Of a stretch of 64,000 nt of DNA, positions 50,795 through 63,865 are shown one piece after another. The DNA comes from Lingula anatina. Its lineage: Eukaryota; Animalia; Brachiopoda. A model generated the notes under the pieces. That model was not told where the DNA came from. It did no database searches and saw only the letters and a list, made by a program, of their open reading frames with translations. The position numbers were made by a program, and so were the translations under genes. Where the stretch lies: positions 7,014,954 through 7,078,953 of the forward strand of contig CM120644.1 of assembly GCA_051362555.1 (NCBI GenBank), in the 5' to 3' direction. Each line of letters starts with the position of its first letter. Positions within the stretch are counted from its first letter, which is position 1.

Positions 50795-53700
50795 ATGGGG
50801 GATGTAAAGTGGATCCTGTCCGTTGTCTTGGTGTTTTGCTGTATAGTCCGTGTGCACTCCAGTAAGTAGAAAGGTAACATTTCATGAAATACTAGGAGTA
50901 TCCTGTGGGAGAAAGACCATCATGAATTATATATATTGTTCTGTCAGCAATGTTTAAAGATGTTACAGTTACATGAGTCAACTTCGTGGTTTATATTCTT
51001 GCACACAAATGTTTTGACAGTTTTTTTTTTTTTTTTTGGCCTCAATATAAAAAACGACTACAAATTAAATAAACAAATGGTTTCGGAATATTTTAAATTT
51101 AAGTCTTTGTAATTCTAGATAAGTTTTGTACGTTGCCGACCACTGGACGGTTAGGATGTGGTGATAAGAATGAAAAGGAGTGCGCTATAGATGGCTGCTG
51201 TTACCAGGACAACAAGTGTTATCTGGGCTCAAGTAAGAAATGTCATTTCCTTCTGGCATCATTGTTTGTACTCGCACGCGTGCTAACACAAACACACGCA
51301 CTCACACATACCCCACTACATATATAGGCTACACACACATACAAGCAGTTGCCAACAAATAAACAAAAAAAGCCAATAAAAGTGCCCAATTGCATACACC
51401 AAACGCACGCACGCACACACGCCTTAATTGTAATGTTTTTAACATAATATTATATCTTAGCCACCGCTAATAAAAACTATTGTCTTCCGGAATGCTGTAT
51501 CGGATTTGTGTAATTGTATAATTTTCTTTATTGCTAGGCTCTAAATTGCTATTTAATTATTGAATGATTTGTTTGTTTAGCCATTTACTTTTTTCTTTCT
51601 TTCCTTTGAATTTTTCACTTATTCATTTATCTGTTCATTCAAATATATCCATGCATGTTTGCAGGTTTGTTTGTTTGTTTGTTTGTTCTATTTGTTTGTT
51701 TATTGTTTATTATTAAATTCCTCAGTCGACAAGTGCGCTGTTCAACACAGTCAGCGAGTAGACTGCGGCGCTGGAGTGGCGGGATTAGACGAGGAGAAGT
51801 GTTTAAACTTAGGATGCTGCTGGAATGAATGCGATGGCCCTGATTACTGCAGTGGTGTAAAGTGGTGCTTTTATAAATCTGGATTTGGTAAGTTTTATAC
51901 GAATTTTCACTATTTGATATTTAAAGAACATAATAGAAGATGCAAGATTTTTCACTTCTTTTGCTAGGCGGGTTTGAGAGATCGAAGAACACTACCTTCA
52001 CTTTCCACAAGAAACAGAAAACCGACTAATGCCAAAAACGTGGAGAAAGGACTTAACTGAATACAATCGCCTTTCTTCTAATTTTGTTTTGCAATAAAAA
52101 CTCCAATTATGAAACCACTTAATCGCCGGTATGTTAACCATACCGGTGCCTCCGACTCGCATTAAATATAAGCTTTTTCAATAAGACTGAACCACTTAAA
52201 ACAAATTAATACACATAACCACACAGTGGGTAAATGTACAGCAGTAATCCCAGAAAATATATTTCAGGGTACAATGGTATTCGGGGGTGCTATAAGCTAA
52301 GGAATGACAATAGCGATAGGGCTCTACCAGACGCGGCATACGAAAACAATGGTGCTCTAAATATATCAACGTGTCTTCATAAATGTCGCGACGGTGGTTA
52401 CTCGCTGGCTGGCGTTGAAGGCGGAAAGAACTGTTACTGTGGACGTAGAGGGACGAAGTACGCTCGGTACGGAGGGAGCGGCGATAAAATGTGTAACGTG
52501 CCATGCTCTTCGAGCGCCAAGGGTGAGCTGTGCGGAGGCAGTGGCTACATCACCGTGTTTGACGGTGAGTGATAAGATATTTGCTGCAATGATAATATCA
52601 GTGTGTTCAGTGCGAGTGCAAACTTCATGTTTGATTCCTATGTAAAAATGTTATCATGAACTGAGCCACTGCCAAGAATTTTCCATGTGATATTTCAGAT
52701 AACAGGTAAATTAATGCATTGTTGACATACTTTTAATGTGGGCTGTGATTCTTGTTTTACCGATAATATCATTTAATTGTATTTTGCGAAATCGTGCAGC
52801 GTTTTATTTTTCAGTTGATGTTTTTTTTGCCACAACGCCGACTTTACCCGTGACATCTACAGGATCCATCACCATCACAGCAACCGCTACCACTGAACCC
52901 ACTACAACCACAAAACCCACAACAACCTCAGAACCCACTACAACCACAAAACCCACAACAACCTCAGAACCCACTACAACCACAAAACCCACAACAACCT
53001 CAGAACCCACTACAACCACAAAACCCACAACAACCTCAGAACCCACTACAACCACAAAACCCACAACAACCTCAGAACCCACTACAACCACAAAACCCAC
53101 AACAACCTCAGAACCCACTACAACCACAAAACCCATTACAACCACAAAACCCATAACAACCAAAGAACCCACTACAACCACAGAAACCACCATAACCACA
53201 GAACCCACAACAACCGCAGAATCCATTACAACCACAGAACCGATTACAACAACAGAACCCACAACAACCACAGAACCCACTACAACCTTAGAACCCGCTA
53301 CAATCAAAAACTCCAACTCCACCTCAGAACCCACTACAACCACAGAAACAACCATAACCACAGAACCCACAACAACCGCAGAATCCATTACAACCACAAA
53401 ACCCACCACATCCACAGAACCCACAACAAGCTCGGAATCCATTACAACCACAAAACCCATTACAACCAAAGAACCCACTACATCCACAGAAACCAACATA
53501 ACCACAGAACCCACAACAATCCTAAAATCTATTACAACCGCTAAACCCATTACAACCCCAGAATCCATTACAACCACAAAACCCATTACAACAACAGAAC
53601 CCACAACAACCACAGAACCCACTACAACCGCAGAAACCAACACAACCACAAAATCCATTAAAACCACAACCACAGAACGCACTACAACCACAGAACCCAC

Positions 53701-54553
53701 CACAACAAAAACAACCACTATAATTATTACACCGACTCTGCCTACTTACAGCATAAGTACAACACTTACTTCGACCACTGCACCGACTACAGCCTCCAAA
53801 ACAACTCCACCTACTCCATCCACTGTACCTACCAAACCTACTACAGCTACCAAATCTATTACACCTGTAATTATTACTACAACTGATCTAACCACTACCA
53901 CTACGTTTACAGCAACTACTATAACTACTACACGTACTGCAAAAACAGCTACAGAAAAGGTCTTTTTGCATACAGAATCCACCTCTGCTACTGATGACGC
54001 AGCTATCACGATTGCAGACACTACTGTTTCCTCCAAATACAAATCCACAACCAACACACCTTCAACGAAAAAGTTCACCAAAACGAGAAAAACAAAAATA
54101 ATGCCGGCCTCAGTCGCGGCAAGAAAAACGACAAGTGCCAAGCAAGCTGAAACAACCACACCTACTATTTCTGCTACATCGACATCACAGGCAACTGGAT
54201 GGGCCACGATTACAGCACCATTGCTAGTGATTACTACCACCGCGATTGAGGAGACCACCAAGAAAGAGAAGTCAGCATTGTCAGAGATGAACCGTAGAGT
54301 TAACCCTTCTGATGGGACTCCCAAGAATTCTATGCCAATAGGTAACCAGCACTGGTAATATAATAGAAATCATTATGTTCATGTTTCACGAGTTGCAGAA
54401 CTGAGAGAGAGTGGGATTTGTTCAAGAATGTGAATGTGTAAAATGTATAAAACAAGGAAATTTGATCTCGCTTCTTTCATAATATTTGGTAGTATACCCC
54501 GGCATTTCTTTACAAAATGATAAGTTGTCGAGTAGTGTCTTCAACCTATATTT

Positions 54554-54600
<47 letters not shown>

Positions 54601-55536
54601 TTATCCTCTCTTTTTTATTTCTGTATTATTATTTCTAGAAATTCATTAATTAAATTATATAAATATGCATAACTGTTTATTAATTTTAGGCATGATAGTA
54701 GGGCTTACTGTTGGAACCGTAGGAACACTGCTTTTCGTAGCTCTTTTTTCAGCCTACATTTACCAAAGGTATATGAATTACGCTTAGTGTCTTTAAAGCA
54801 ACGATAATCAGTTTCTAGAGTAAAATCATTTAATGTTATACATGCGAATGTTACAGAAAACCTTATGCCGCAATTAAAGCGAAGAATCTTAGGTCGAGAC
54901 ATGGAATTGGCTTTTGACTGAAGGGCTGAATGAGCAACGTTGAACTAAAACTACTTGCCTTCTGTTCTATTTAAACCAGTAAAAATTTCTCACAGAAACA
55001 GTGAATAAACTGATGAATATTTTGCGCTGATTTATAGTTAATAAGTTTCTTGGAGTCATCTTATGTAAATCTTTTATTAAACTCTATTCTGCGCTGCGTA
55101 GCTGCTTCTCTGATTAATGTTTGCCATCTATTGCCGGTATGTTAACTGACATTGTAATAATCAACTGTTAAGGTGGAGGGCTCATGCTTTTATTTATGAC
55201 CTTTATACACACCCCGGGGCTGTGCTATTGAGAAAAAAAATCACCAAACAACATGACAATAAGAACTAGTGCTTTCAGTTGCGTTAAGGCACAATTCACA
55301 CACAGTCAAGTTGTATAACGTGTTATCGAACAAATTTGCCAATGACCATTTTAGAAATAAACCTTTTTCTCTTCTACAGACTGAAAAGGAGGAAACAAAT
55401 AGGCTCCCAGAAGCTTGATGACGTCATCGACCTTAGAAATGTACCCAGCCCAGTTATGCCGACAGAAGAAAGTGATGGTCAGGCGGACACGTGTGATACA
55501 TCGCAAAAGAAAAAGCTTATTTCACCGGAGTGGTGA
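50795..55536 (+). CDS. Type I membrane mucin-like protein: signal peptide, 2 trefoil (P) domains, WSC domain, Thr/Pro-rich stalk, TM helix, short cytoplasmic tail
   Basis: Exons 50795-50861 (MGDVKWILSVVLVFCCIVRVHS), 51119-51232 (C..R..CG...EC...GCCY...CY), 51726-51887 (RVDCG...KCLNLGCCW...WCFY), 52268-52564 (GCY...CLHKC...AGVEGGKNCYCG...CNVPC...CGG), 52815-54341 (PTS), 54690-54768 (GMIVGLTVGTVGTLLFVALFSAYIY), 55380-55536 (RLKRRK...EW*); all junctions are phase-compatible. Confidence 0.85.
52898..53710 (+). repeat. Coding tandem repeat: six identical 36-bp units (PTTTTKPTTTSE) then degenerate 18-bp units
   Basis: CCCACTACAACCACAAAACCCACAACAACCTCAGAA x6 at 52898-53113. Confidence 0.92.
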
Positions 55537-56792
55537 TTTTTGGCAAACAGAGACAGCCGAATGATGCAGAATTTTTAATTAATTGATTGATTAATTAATT
55601 CGGTTTTTACTAAATACAGGATGTTCTTTTGCTATTAAAAAGCGAAATGAAGAGTGCGTTTTTATGAAAAAGTTTTATTACTTGCATATAGCAGATACAG
55701 GTTTTCGATTACGAAACGGTTTATCATTTCAGGGCTATTAAAAAAACTTGAGAAAGTTTAAGTCACGGACATCAGTGACACATTTCGAGTGATATTTGCA
55801 TAATTCTGACTTGCCTCATTAACTGCTTTATACTATACTACGCTCAAATATGAAAAGAAATCAACAGTGATTATAATGTGATATAAAACATTTATGTACA
55901 GATTGCTCAAAATGTGGTCGTCACTGGTGCGACTCAAATCAAAGAAGCCCAATTTTACGCTAGTCATGAGGCGGTGACGCTAAAGCTCCTTAATCAATTT
56001 AATTACAATTCTGTCATAATTATTCAAACTTATGAATTATTTACAACCCCAGATATATAAATTATTTAAGATAATACATATTGACAGAGAGAAACACGAC
56101 TGTCAGAATCAGATACCGGATGACGATCTAAATCAATGCCACTTCTCTCTGCGTTTATAGAATTTTAAGGGATGAAATAAAAACTTGCTTCGTGTACAGA
56201 GGTACTGTCGAAAGTGGAAGAAAAGAAGATAAATGCATCAGCTGGTTTCTTTATTTCTTCATCATAAAAACAGTACATTATTTCCATACCAGCGTAGCTT
56301 CATCTTTAAATAAAGACAGACGAATAAAGTGCATTAAAATGCGATCATTATATTCGAATGCAAACAACAGACCTATAGGCGGTTAGAGCCTATACTTACT
56401 GTACACTTTATGCTACTATTAAACTTCTACTTTCATCTTTAAGAAAAGCCAAGTTTAAAAATAAATAAAAGCATTATTTTAATGCATACTGGTACATTAC
56501 GACATGTAACTACTACATGTGGTACAATTACAATGCATTCTGATATGCTACGACTTGTAACTATATAATCCTAATATTTACGCTACCACTGGCATATAAA
56601 CTACTACTACTCTTGTGCATACTGCTTTTCATAATCTGCTCACAATCATAGATTTCTGAAAGAACAAGCCTTTGAGGCATGTGATTCAGCCCCCCCCCCC
56701 CCCCCCCCCCCACCTCCTTCTGTGGCCAGACTCTTGGGGTCCTAATTTAGGCGTACATTTCTTGTACATCAGGTCCTATTGAACTGCTTAAT

Positions 56793-56839
<47 letters not shown>

Positions 56840-58378
56840 GTTACAATCAAATCTTTGGCGTATGTTTATTCAAATCTTACAATAAACAGATATAATTTTT
56901 TCAGAAAGATTTGGTTAAAGGAACCTCCAGATTTTTATTTATTATTATTATCATTATTATTATTATTATTTTTTTTTTTGTCTTTTTCGTTTCTTTTAGT
57001 TCTTATATTTTTGGTACTTCTTTCTTTACTTATTAATCTATTACATAATATAGCAAGATTGTTTTACTACCCAATAACTTGTATTCAGTTACTCTCAATG
57101 CAAAGCATATACTGGACTTACGCAAGTTAGTTTCAGTCTTTCAAAACATAATTTCAGTTTGCTGAAACAAAGCTATCTTTACAGCATGTTTATGTTGATA
57201 CCAGGGAAAACACAAAATTTTCCAATTTAAACAATGTTTTGATTCCCTGTCTCATTTTTTAATGTGTTTGTATAACACAATATGAAATACATCGATCTTA
57301 GCAAAATGTCGTAGATGTAGATACGTGACACAATCTCAATATCAGAGAAAATTTAGCCATATTTCACTAAATACGACAATATAGAAACTCGAGAAAGATG
57401 TTTTAGCAATCGCCTTCTCCACATTACTAGTCTTACTACGAACTGATTTTACTGGAAGTAAAATATTACAATTTATATAACCAAATATACATGTCATGGT
57501 CATCGTATTTTCTTTTACAAATTCCTGTCTAAAATGTCTATACCTATATTTCAATTAGATAAAACGACTTTGCGCTTTTCTTTTTTTCTTTCTTTAGCTT
57601 GCCTAGCGCAAGTACATATTGTTAGTTTTCTGGCAGTAGAGCACAGCTGTAAAGACCTCTTACTGCATATATCCAAGGATAGGCACCGCGCTGTAACCAG
57701 TGTTTGTAGTCAACTAGATGTACTTTTTCGTAAAGTTTCATATTGAATATATGGATATGACTACACATCAATAAATATATAATGGATTACTTAACTATGA
57801 ATTTTGTGCCCAAAAAGTATTTTCAAAAATGAATAACTATAATAATAATAATTGTAAACTCCAATATGAACATAATTTTGAATTTTCAATGCAACATACT
57901 AGTGTTTAAAATACCTGACGTGAAAAAAAAAGTATTACATTGAAGACTTCTCAGAAGGAAATCCACTATTAACAAATGGGGCATGTATGGTCACATGCAC
58001 CACTGTGATTAAATAAGATTGAGTAAAGAAAAATAATAAATTGTTCACAAAATAAAAAAAGTTTCCATATAACCTGAACTTCTGTTATACTACTAAAATT
58101 CAATTAATTTAAATCTTCAAATAAAACGAACTAAGTTGACGCAATTAACTCTCTTTTCGATATTTTGATTTTACGAAAAAAATAAGAATATTCCTCTTCG
58201 CCAAAAAACAATTAAATGTGCCAGTAGGCGTTAACAACCGATTTTTAATTTTTTTAAATATTTAAATGTAAATGAAGAGGAATTTAAGTTGATGAGTATG
58301 GCCTAAACTATTGCGACTGTACTAACTGAATTTCGGGAGAGGAGAACACAGCCGGAATTAGCAGAGATGGAACGTACT

Positions 58379-59847
58379 TCACTCGCTGCTGTTGTCAGCC
58401 TCCTTCACATAGATTACCTTCACCTTTTCGTCTACACTCTTCTCCGTTCCATTCCCAAAATCCAAGAAATTCAGCACAATGCTGCTGGCCCCTCTAGGTT
58501 TCAAGCAGGCACCACCCTCGGCATTGATGGAACTGTCGGAGGTGGCACTAGATGGCCCTGTTAGCGCTTCTGTCAAGACAAGCTTGGACAGACGTTTGTC
58601 TTGTAACTCCACGGAGCAATCTGAAGGGACGATGTAGTTCAATCTGCTTGAGCGCTGAGCTTGCTTTGGTCCTATGGAGGGTTCGACCTGTAAAATGTGG
58701 CTTGATACTGATGATGATCTGTATATAAATATCCTTGATTCTTATAACTGTGGAAAGCGTAGCACACCCTGTACAAGCCCAGAAATGGAATACGATGGAT
58801 TCTATGTTTCATAAATCCATAAATGTAATAAACGAAAAATGACGTCCCATTGATAAATAAAAAATATCGCATATCGCAAATAGATCACTGTGGCTTACCT
58901 TGGAGGCACAACAGCAGAACATGGCCTTGAAGGTTTGCCATCTTGATTTTGGTTTCTTCTCTTCTCTATTCTTTTCCTCAAAAGAGCGCAATTCCTCCAT
59001 CGTTTTCATATAAGCTGCTCTTTCACTAGAGGTTGTGGAGTCAGACCTTTGGAAAGTTAGAAATGATGGCAAAAGGTGTAATACATCTACGAAGGGAACC
59101 AGTGTGTATTTTAATTTATATGCACTGTATTTATAATAGTATTACCTTCATATGCCAAAAGACGTCGGGAATGATAGTATATCAATACCAGTTAAATATA
59201 GATAAGATTGTTCTCTGTCTCCCAATTTAGAGAATATAATCTGAAAGCTGGTGCATATTCATATAAGTTTCATATAAGTGGGTTGTTTATCTAAGGAGGT
59301 CTGATCATATTTCTCTGGGAAATACTCAAAATAAAGAGGAAAATAAGGTGCACGATAAAATAAGCTGCTTGAAATCTCACTTCTTAGATGCCGTGTCCTC
59401 GTTGACGGCACTCTCGGCGTCACTGTCCTTGGTCTAAATAAAATGAGATTAAAAGAAGGAATCAGTAAATAGAATTGGAAAAGTATTCGAAAAGCGAAAA
59501 AGAATATTAATAGCAACTTTTCTAACTCAAGCATTATTTAAGTGTGATTCAAACGGAATGCGCTGTTTGTTTTTAGTTATCGGTAGGACTTTCCGAATGA
59601 AACTGTGTATTCCATGGAATAATGCTGACATATTTATCATTGAATTTTAAATTGATCCCTGTACCTTTTCGTCTGCGCTCGGCTCCTCACTTGCGTCAGC
59701 GCATGGAACAGCAGCCTGCTCCGGAGTTGTTCTCACTGAAATTCTTCCACTGCGTCGTCGGATGTTACTTACAGCACGCGCAGCGGATTGTCTCACGCGT
59801 ATTCGAATACGTCCAAATCGGCCTACGCCCGATTCTACTTCATCCAT
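58379..59847 (-). CDS. Uncharacterised 230-aa protein, largely hydrophilic, with a CCC cluster
   Basis: Exons 59847-59665, 59433-59381, 59046-58899, 58687-58379 have GT-AG boundaries and join into one 693-nt ORF; the exons are GC-richer than their flanks; no domain recognised. Confidence 0.7.
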
Positions 59848-60594
59848 ACTAAATTAAGCTAAATAATATCACCACTTGAGATTCTACACGTCTGCAGTCT
59901 GAAGTTGTGTTATTGTAACTAACGTTACGGCAACCGCGGCGGTCCATGACGTTGTTGACTCTTATGACGTCATAAGGTAAAATGTCGTAAGCGACATGAG
60001 CAATGTGTTGCATTGTTGGAAACGATCAATTTTGAAGAGAAAATATTAACCAACCATTAACGTATATCAGCACGAAGGAAATATTTCTATTTAAGAAAAA
60101 TATGGAAACTTTAAACCACTTTTGCTATAAATTATTACCAGTAGGTAACAGATAAAAAATATTTTCTTAAGGAAACGTACGGATGACACACACATTTTAT
60201 CCTCCATCCTCTCTCTCTCTCTCTTGACCTTGTATACATTAGTTTCATCGTGCGATGTGCCTTATTCTCTCTAAGAATTCTTACATTCAGTATATTTTTA
60301 AAAAAATATGTTTTCATTATAATCACTGTATTAAGGAGTGCTAAAACCACATTTTAGGTCTATAGGGCCTAATTATTCCGCCTATATATAGGGGCCTATC
60401 ATTACATATCATTATTATTACATGAATGTATACTAATATGCATGGATAAATATGCCAAGTGATAGATGTAGTGACACGGATTACGATAAATTCAATTTAA
60501 AGTAGATGCAGTCTGCACTGATGTAGGCCTACTTCTAATCATGGGAGTGCATCTATTGTTTAGTTTTGTCGGCTGTGCTATATTTAGTTCAGTC

Positions 60595-60845
60595 ATGTGA
60601 CTGGAAATCCCCGGTAATCGGAAAAAGTAAATACTACGCCATCTTGTGCATATCGAAAGGAAAACAACATATCAGCAAGTCAAATCATTTTTCCTTTATT
60701 TTTTAAAGATGATTTGATATAACATCTAACAGAGAGTGCGTATATCTACACGTTTACTACTGTACGTTGTACAGTATGGCAACAGGATTAGGCCTACTGC
60801 CGAGTGATCAGCTGATTGATTGACTCGACGTGTGGACTTTCACAG
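60595..60845 (+). promoter_or_regulatory. Putative kinase promoter / non-coding first exon with kB and YY1-like motifs
   Basis: GGAAATCCCC (60603-60612, reverse complement GGGGATTTCC), CGCCATCTT (~60637), candidate donor CAG|GTAGAG at 60845. Confidence 0.4.
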
Positions 60846-61155
60846 GTAGAGTAGAGCCCTACATCTGTTCGTTTGTTATAACGCCTTACAGTACGTTTTG
60901 TAAAACTGTGTTTTTGCTTAAAGAATTCATCTTTAGTGACTGATATGAATGATCACACATTTAAACCCGCTAACTTTAAACCTGATCTTTAAACCTGATC
61001 TTTTCAAGCGGCCCTAATGCTTGTTTCATTTTGTCCTTTAGGGCACGTGACAGACGGTCAACATTAGGAACATAAAATGCAGTCTTTATAGGGGCTGTGT
61101 ACTAGTGTAGCACTACTTGTACTTGGCAATTATTCGAGAGCGTTGTATTAATGAT

Positions 61156-61436
61156 CAGGAGGGGATCCAGGATTAAGCCGACCGCCCCCCCCCCCCCACA
61201 CACACACACACATGCACACACGCACACACACACACACATACAGGCGTTGGATGTGGGGCCCGCTGAAGAGCTCCAAAATTTTTTGGTATTTTAGAGGGCG
61301 AACGGTGCCATTTGGTACGGTTTAGAACTATGATTCAGCTAGTCCAAATTCTCATTTCAATTAAGAGGGGACCAGTAATCGAAGGGGGAGGGGGGTCAGG
61401 ACCCAGCTGACCCCCCCCCCTATAAATTCGCCACTG
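61156..61436. mobile_element. CAG...CTG-ended MITE with perfect 5-bp TSD
   Basis: ATGAT|CAGGAGGGGATCC...AATTCGCCACTG|ATGAT. Confidence 0.7.
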
Positions 61437-61507
61437 ATGATCATCCACTATTTATTTATTTATTTATTAGCCAGGATCTATACAGTCAGTCAGAAATCCA
61501 GTCAAGG

Positions 61508-63865
61508 ATGTCTCAGGATCCGACCTGTGTTCTAAGGCTGGGGCAGTATGAGGTCAACTTAATGAAGAAGCTGGGTCAAGGAGGGTTTGGGGTGGTCTTC
61601 GCAGGGGTTGACACTAGGAGTAGGATAAAGGTATGTAATTACGCAGGAATTTAGGGTTTTACTTGATTAGGGGCTATGACATAATAAAACTTCCTTCATG
61701 TGACATCCATCTGCTTAGTTATTACTCGCTCATAGGCCTATCTGCATTTTTTTTTTTTGGGGGGGAGGATAAATTGCAAGAGAAAATTAATCTCGATCAT
61801 TAATATCGACAATTATGAATAACATATAACAAACGTATTCATTATTGATAAATTCAGAGAATTCACAGATTTTTGGTATTTTCCATTAGGTTGCAGCAAA
61901 GCAGATAGACATAAAGAGAAAGGAAAGACACGGCAGCACCGCGCTTTCCGAAATAAAGGTGTTACAAAAGTTACCCAGTCACCAAAATTTAATTCGGTTC
62001 CTCGACTATCACTTCTCTCAAGATTCTTTCTGGATCGTCATGGACTTCTGCAATATGGGAGAGATGAAGGAATACTTCGTTGCGCATGCGCCTATTGATT
62101 TGGCAACAAAAGTGGATTTCATGCGGCAAATTGCTGCTGCTCTGGTACACTTGCACGAGGCACCGCAGCAGATAATTCACAGGGATCTTAAACCAAACAA
62201 CATGTAAGGCAGTGCTTATGCTTTCCCCAAAAGTATTCTTTCTTTAAATAAATAATAGATAAAATCATGCTTAATCCCAATTAATTAAAAAGGAAACGTA
62301 TCTGGCGTCAAATTTACGCAAGTAAAACAAAACAAGCATTTGAAATAACATCATTATTCATATTCAGCTGTTTTTTCAACATCATCATAGTCGTCATCAA
62401 TATCATTATGAATATCACCAGTAGTGTTATTTTATTATATTTTTGAAGAAAACAATTCACTTTTGTTTGCATCATTTCTCTAAACTCTTCGTTGTCGCCT
62501 TTCTTTTGGCCAATACAGCATGGTGTCGTACATCTCAACAGACGATCGGCCCATGATTAAGGTCACCGACTTCGGACTGGCTAAAGTAGCCGAAGAGGAC
62601 ATGACAAAGACCTTCCTTCTCTCCACCGTGGCAGGGGCGGTCTGCTATCTTTCCCCCGAGGAGTTCGCCAGGCAGAAGTACACTGTCCTGGTGGATGTGT
62701 TTGCGTTGGGTTTGGTGTTTCTAGGAATGATCAACTTTGACGTTCTTGGGGAGTTAATTCCTGTCCCCCCTGGAAGTCAAGGTAAAATAATACAAAAAAA
62801 GAAAATCGAACTGTCCGTCCTTTTGGTCAAATATCAGCTCTTAATCTAAATCTGATCTTCGGTTTATGTCAATGGAGTGAAACGTCTACTTTTATTCAGA
62901 AATGGGCAGCTCCTTCAAAATTGCTGACACGGTGCTGTTTAATTCCTGTTTTAATGCGTAAATTGTAAAACATTCACCTTCTTTGTTACCTAAAAGATTT
63001 CGCTGTAAAATATAATCCATACAATTTGCTACAGATTCAATGTTGGCTACCATGTTGATGCCCATTGGCATGCAGATGCTTCAAGCAGCCATCGGTGGTG
63101 GCATCCAGCCAACACTGGTGCAGCATGAGCCAGATGACAGCCCGGAAGTGACGCAGCTGAAGGACCTTATACAGCACATGGCGGTATATAAGGTTGAAGA
63201 AAGGTTCACTTCTCGTCAAGTTTACGATACATTGGACAAACTTTACGGTAAAGTAAACGCACAGTTTTTTATCTTTTTGCCATAATGTAACAGGAAGTTC
63301 AACTCTTTTGTTAGCACTTTGTTTATTGACCACATTTTATGAAATAATATTCCTTTCACATATCATTTTCAATAGAAAAAAAGCAGTAGCCACATAGTAG
63401 ACGTGTAAAAGACCTTTCAAGAAACCAGTAGGGGCCTATAAGATGTTTTAAAATGAACCTTGGAAATATTTGTTATCATTCATTCTCTTTCCATATCCTA
63501 TTTCAGAGGGCATAAAACATATCCAATCACCGCCGCCGCCCCGGCCACCAGATCAGCTTGCAGAGGCAGGTAGTCCAATACAAGAACCGGGAGCTCATGC
63601 TGCAGAAGCAGCTGCGCATAAGCAAGACTCATCCGAGCGTGGCGCCGCCCAAAGGGACGGACATCGAGACATAGGTTATAAGCTTCTTAAGGAAGCCATG
63701 GGACAGTTATTAAGAGATGGCATTCAAGACAGAAGACGTGGTAAAGAGAGAGATAAACACCTGCGAGCTTTAGACAGAGGAATGCCTTTGTTAGAGATGT
63801 TACTTGGACATGATGAGAGAGATGACCAACAGGAAGGAAAAGAAAATGAGACAAATGAAAGCGAG
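61508..63865 (+). CDS. Ser/Thr protein kinase, probably STK35/PDIK1L-like, with C-terminal extension; 3' end probably outside the window
   Basis: Exons 61508-61630 (LGQGGFGVVF), 61890-62203 (VAAK, helix-C Glu, HRDLKPNNI), 62519-62781 (KVTDFGLAK, YLSPE, DVFALG), 63035-63247, 63507-63865. Subfamily inferred from DVFALGLVF..MI...MPIG..ML. Confidence 0.88.

Noticed and set aside
52804-54324. Long Val-rich minus-strand ORFs (304 and 192 aa)
   Set aside because: Antisense shadow of the Thr-rich mucin exon.
56794-56836. Long poly-T (also 31064-31114) as a retrocopy tail
   Set aside because: No adjacent element body or TSD recognised; treated as simple homopolymers.
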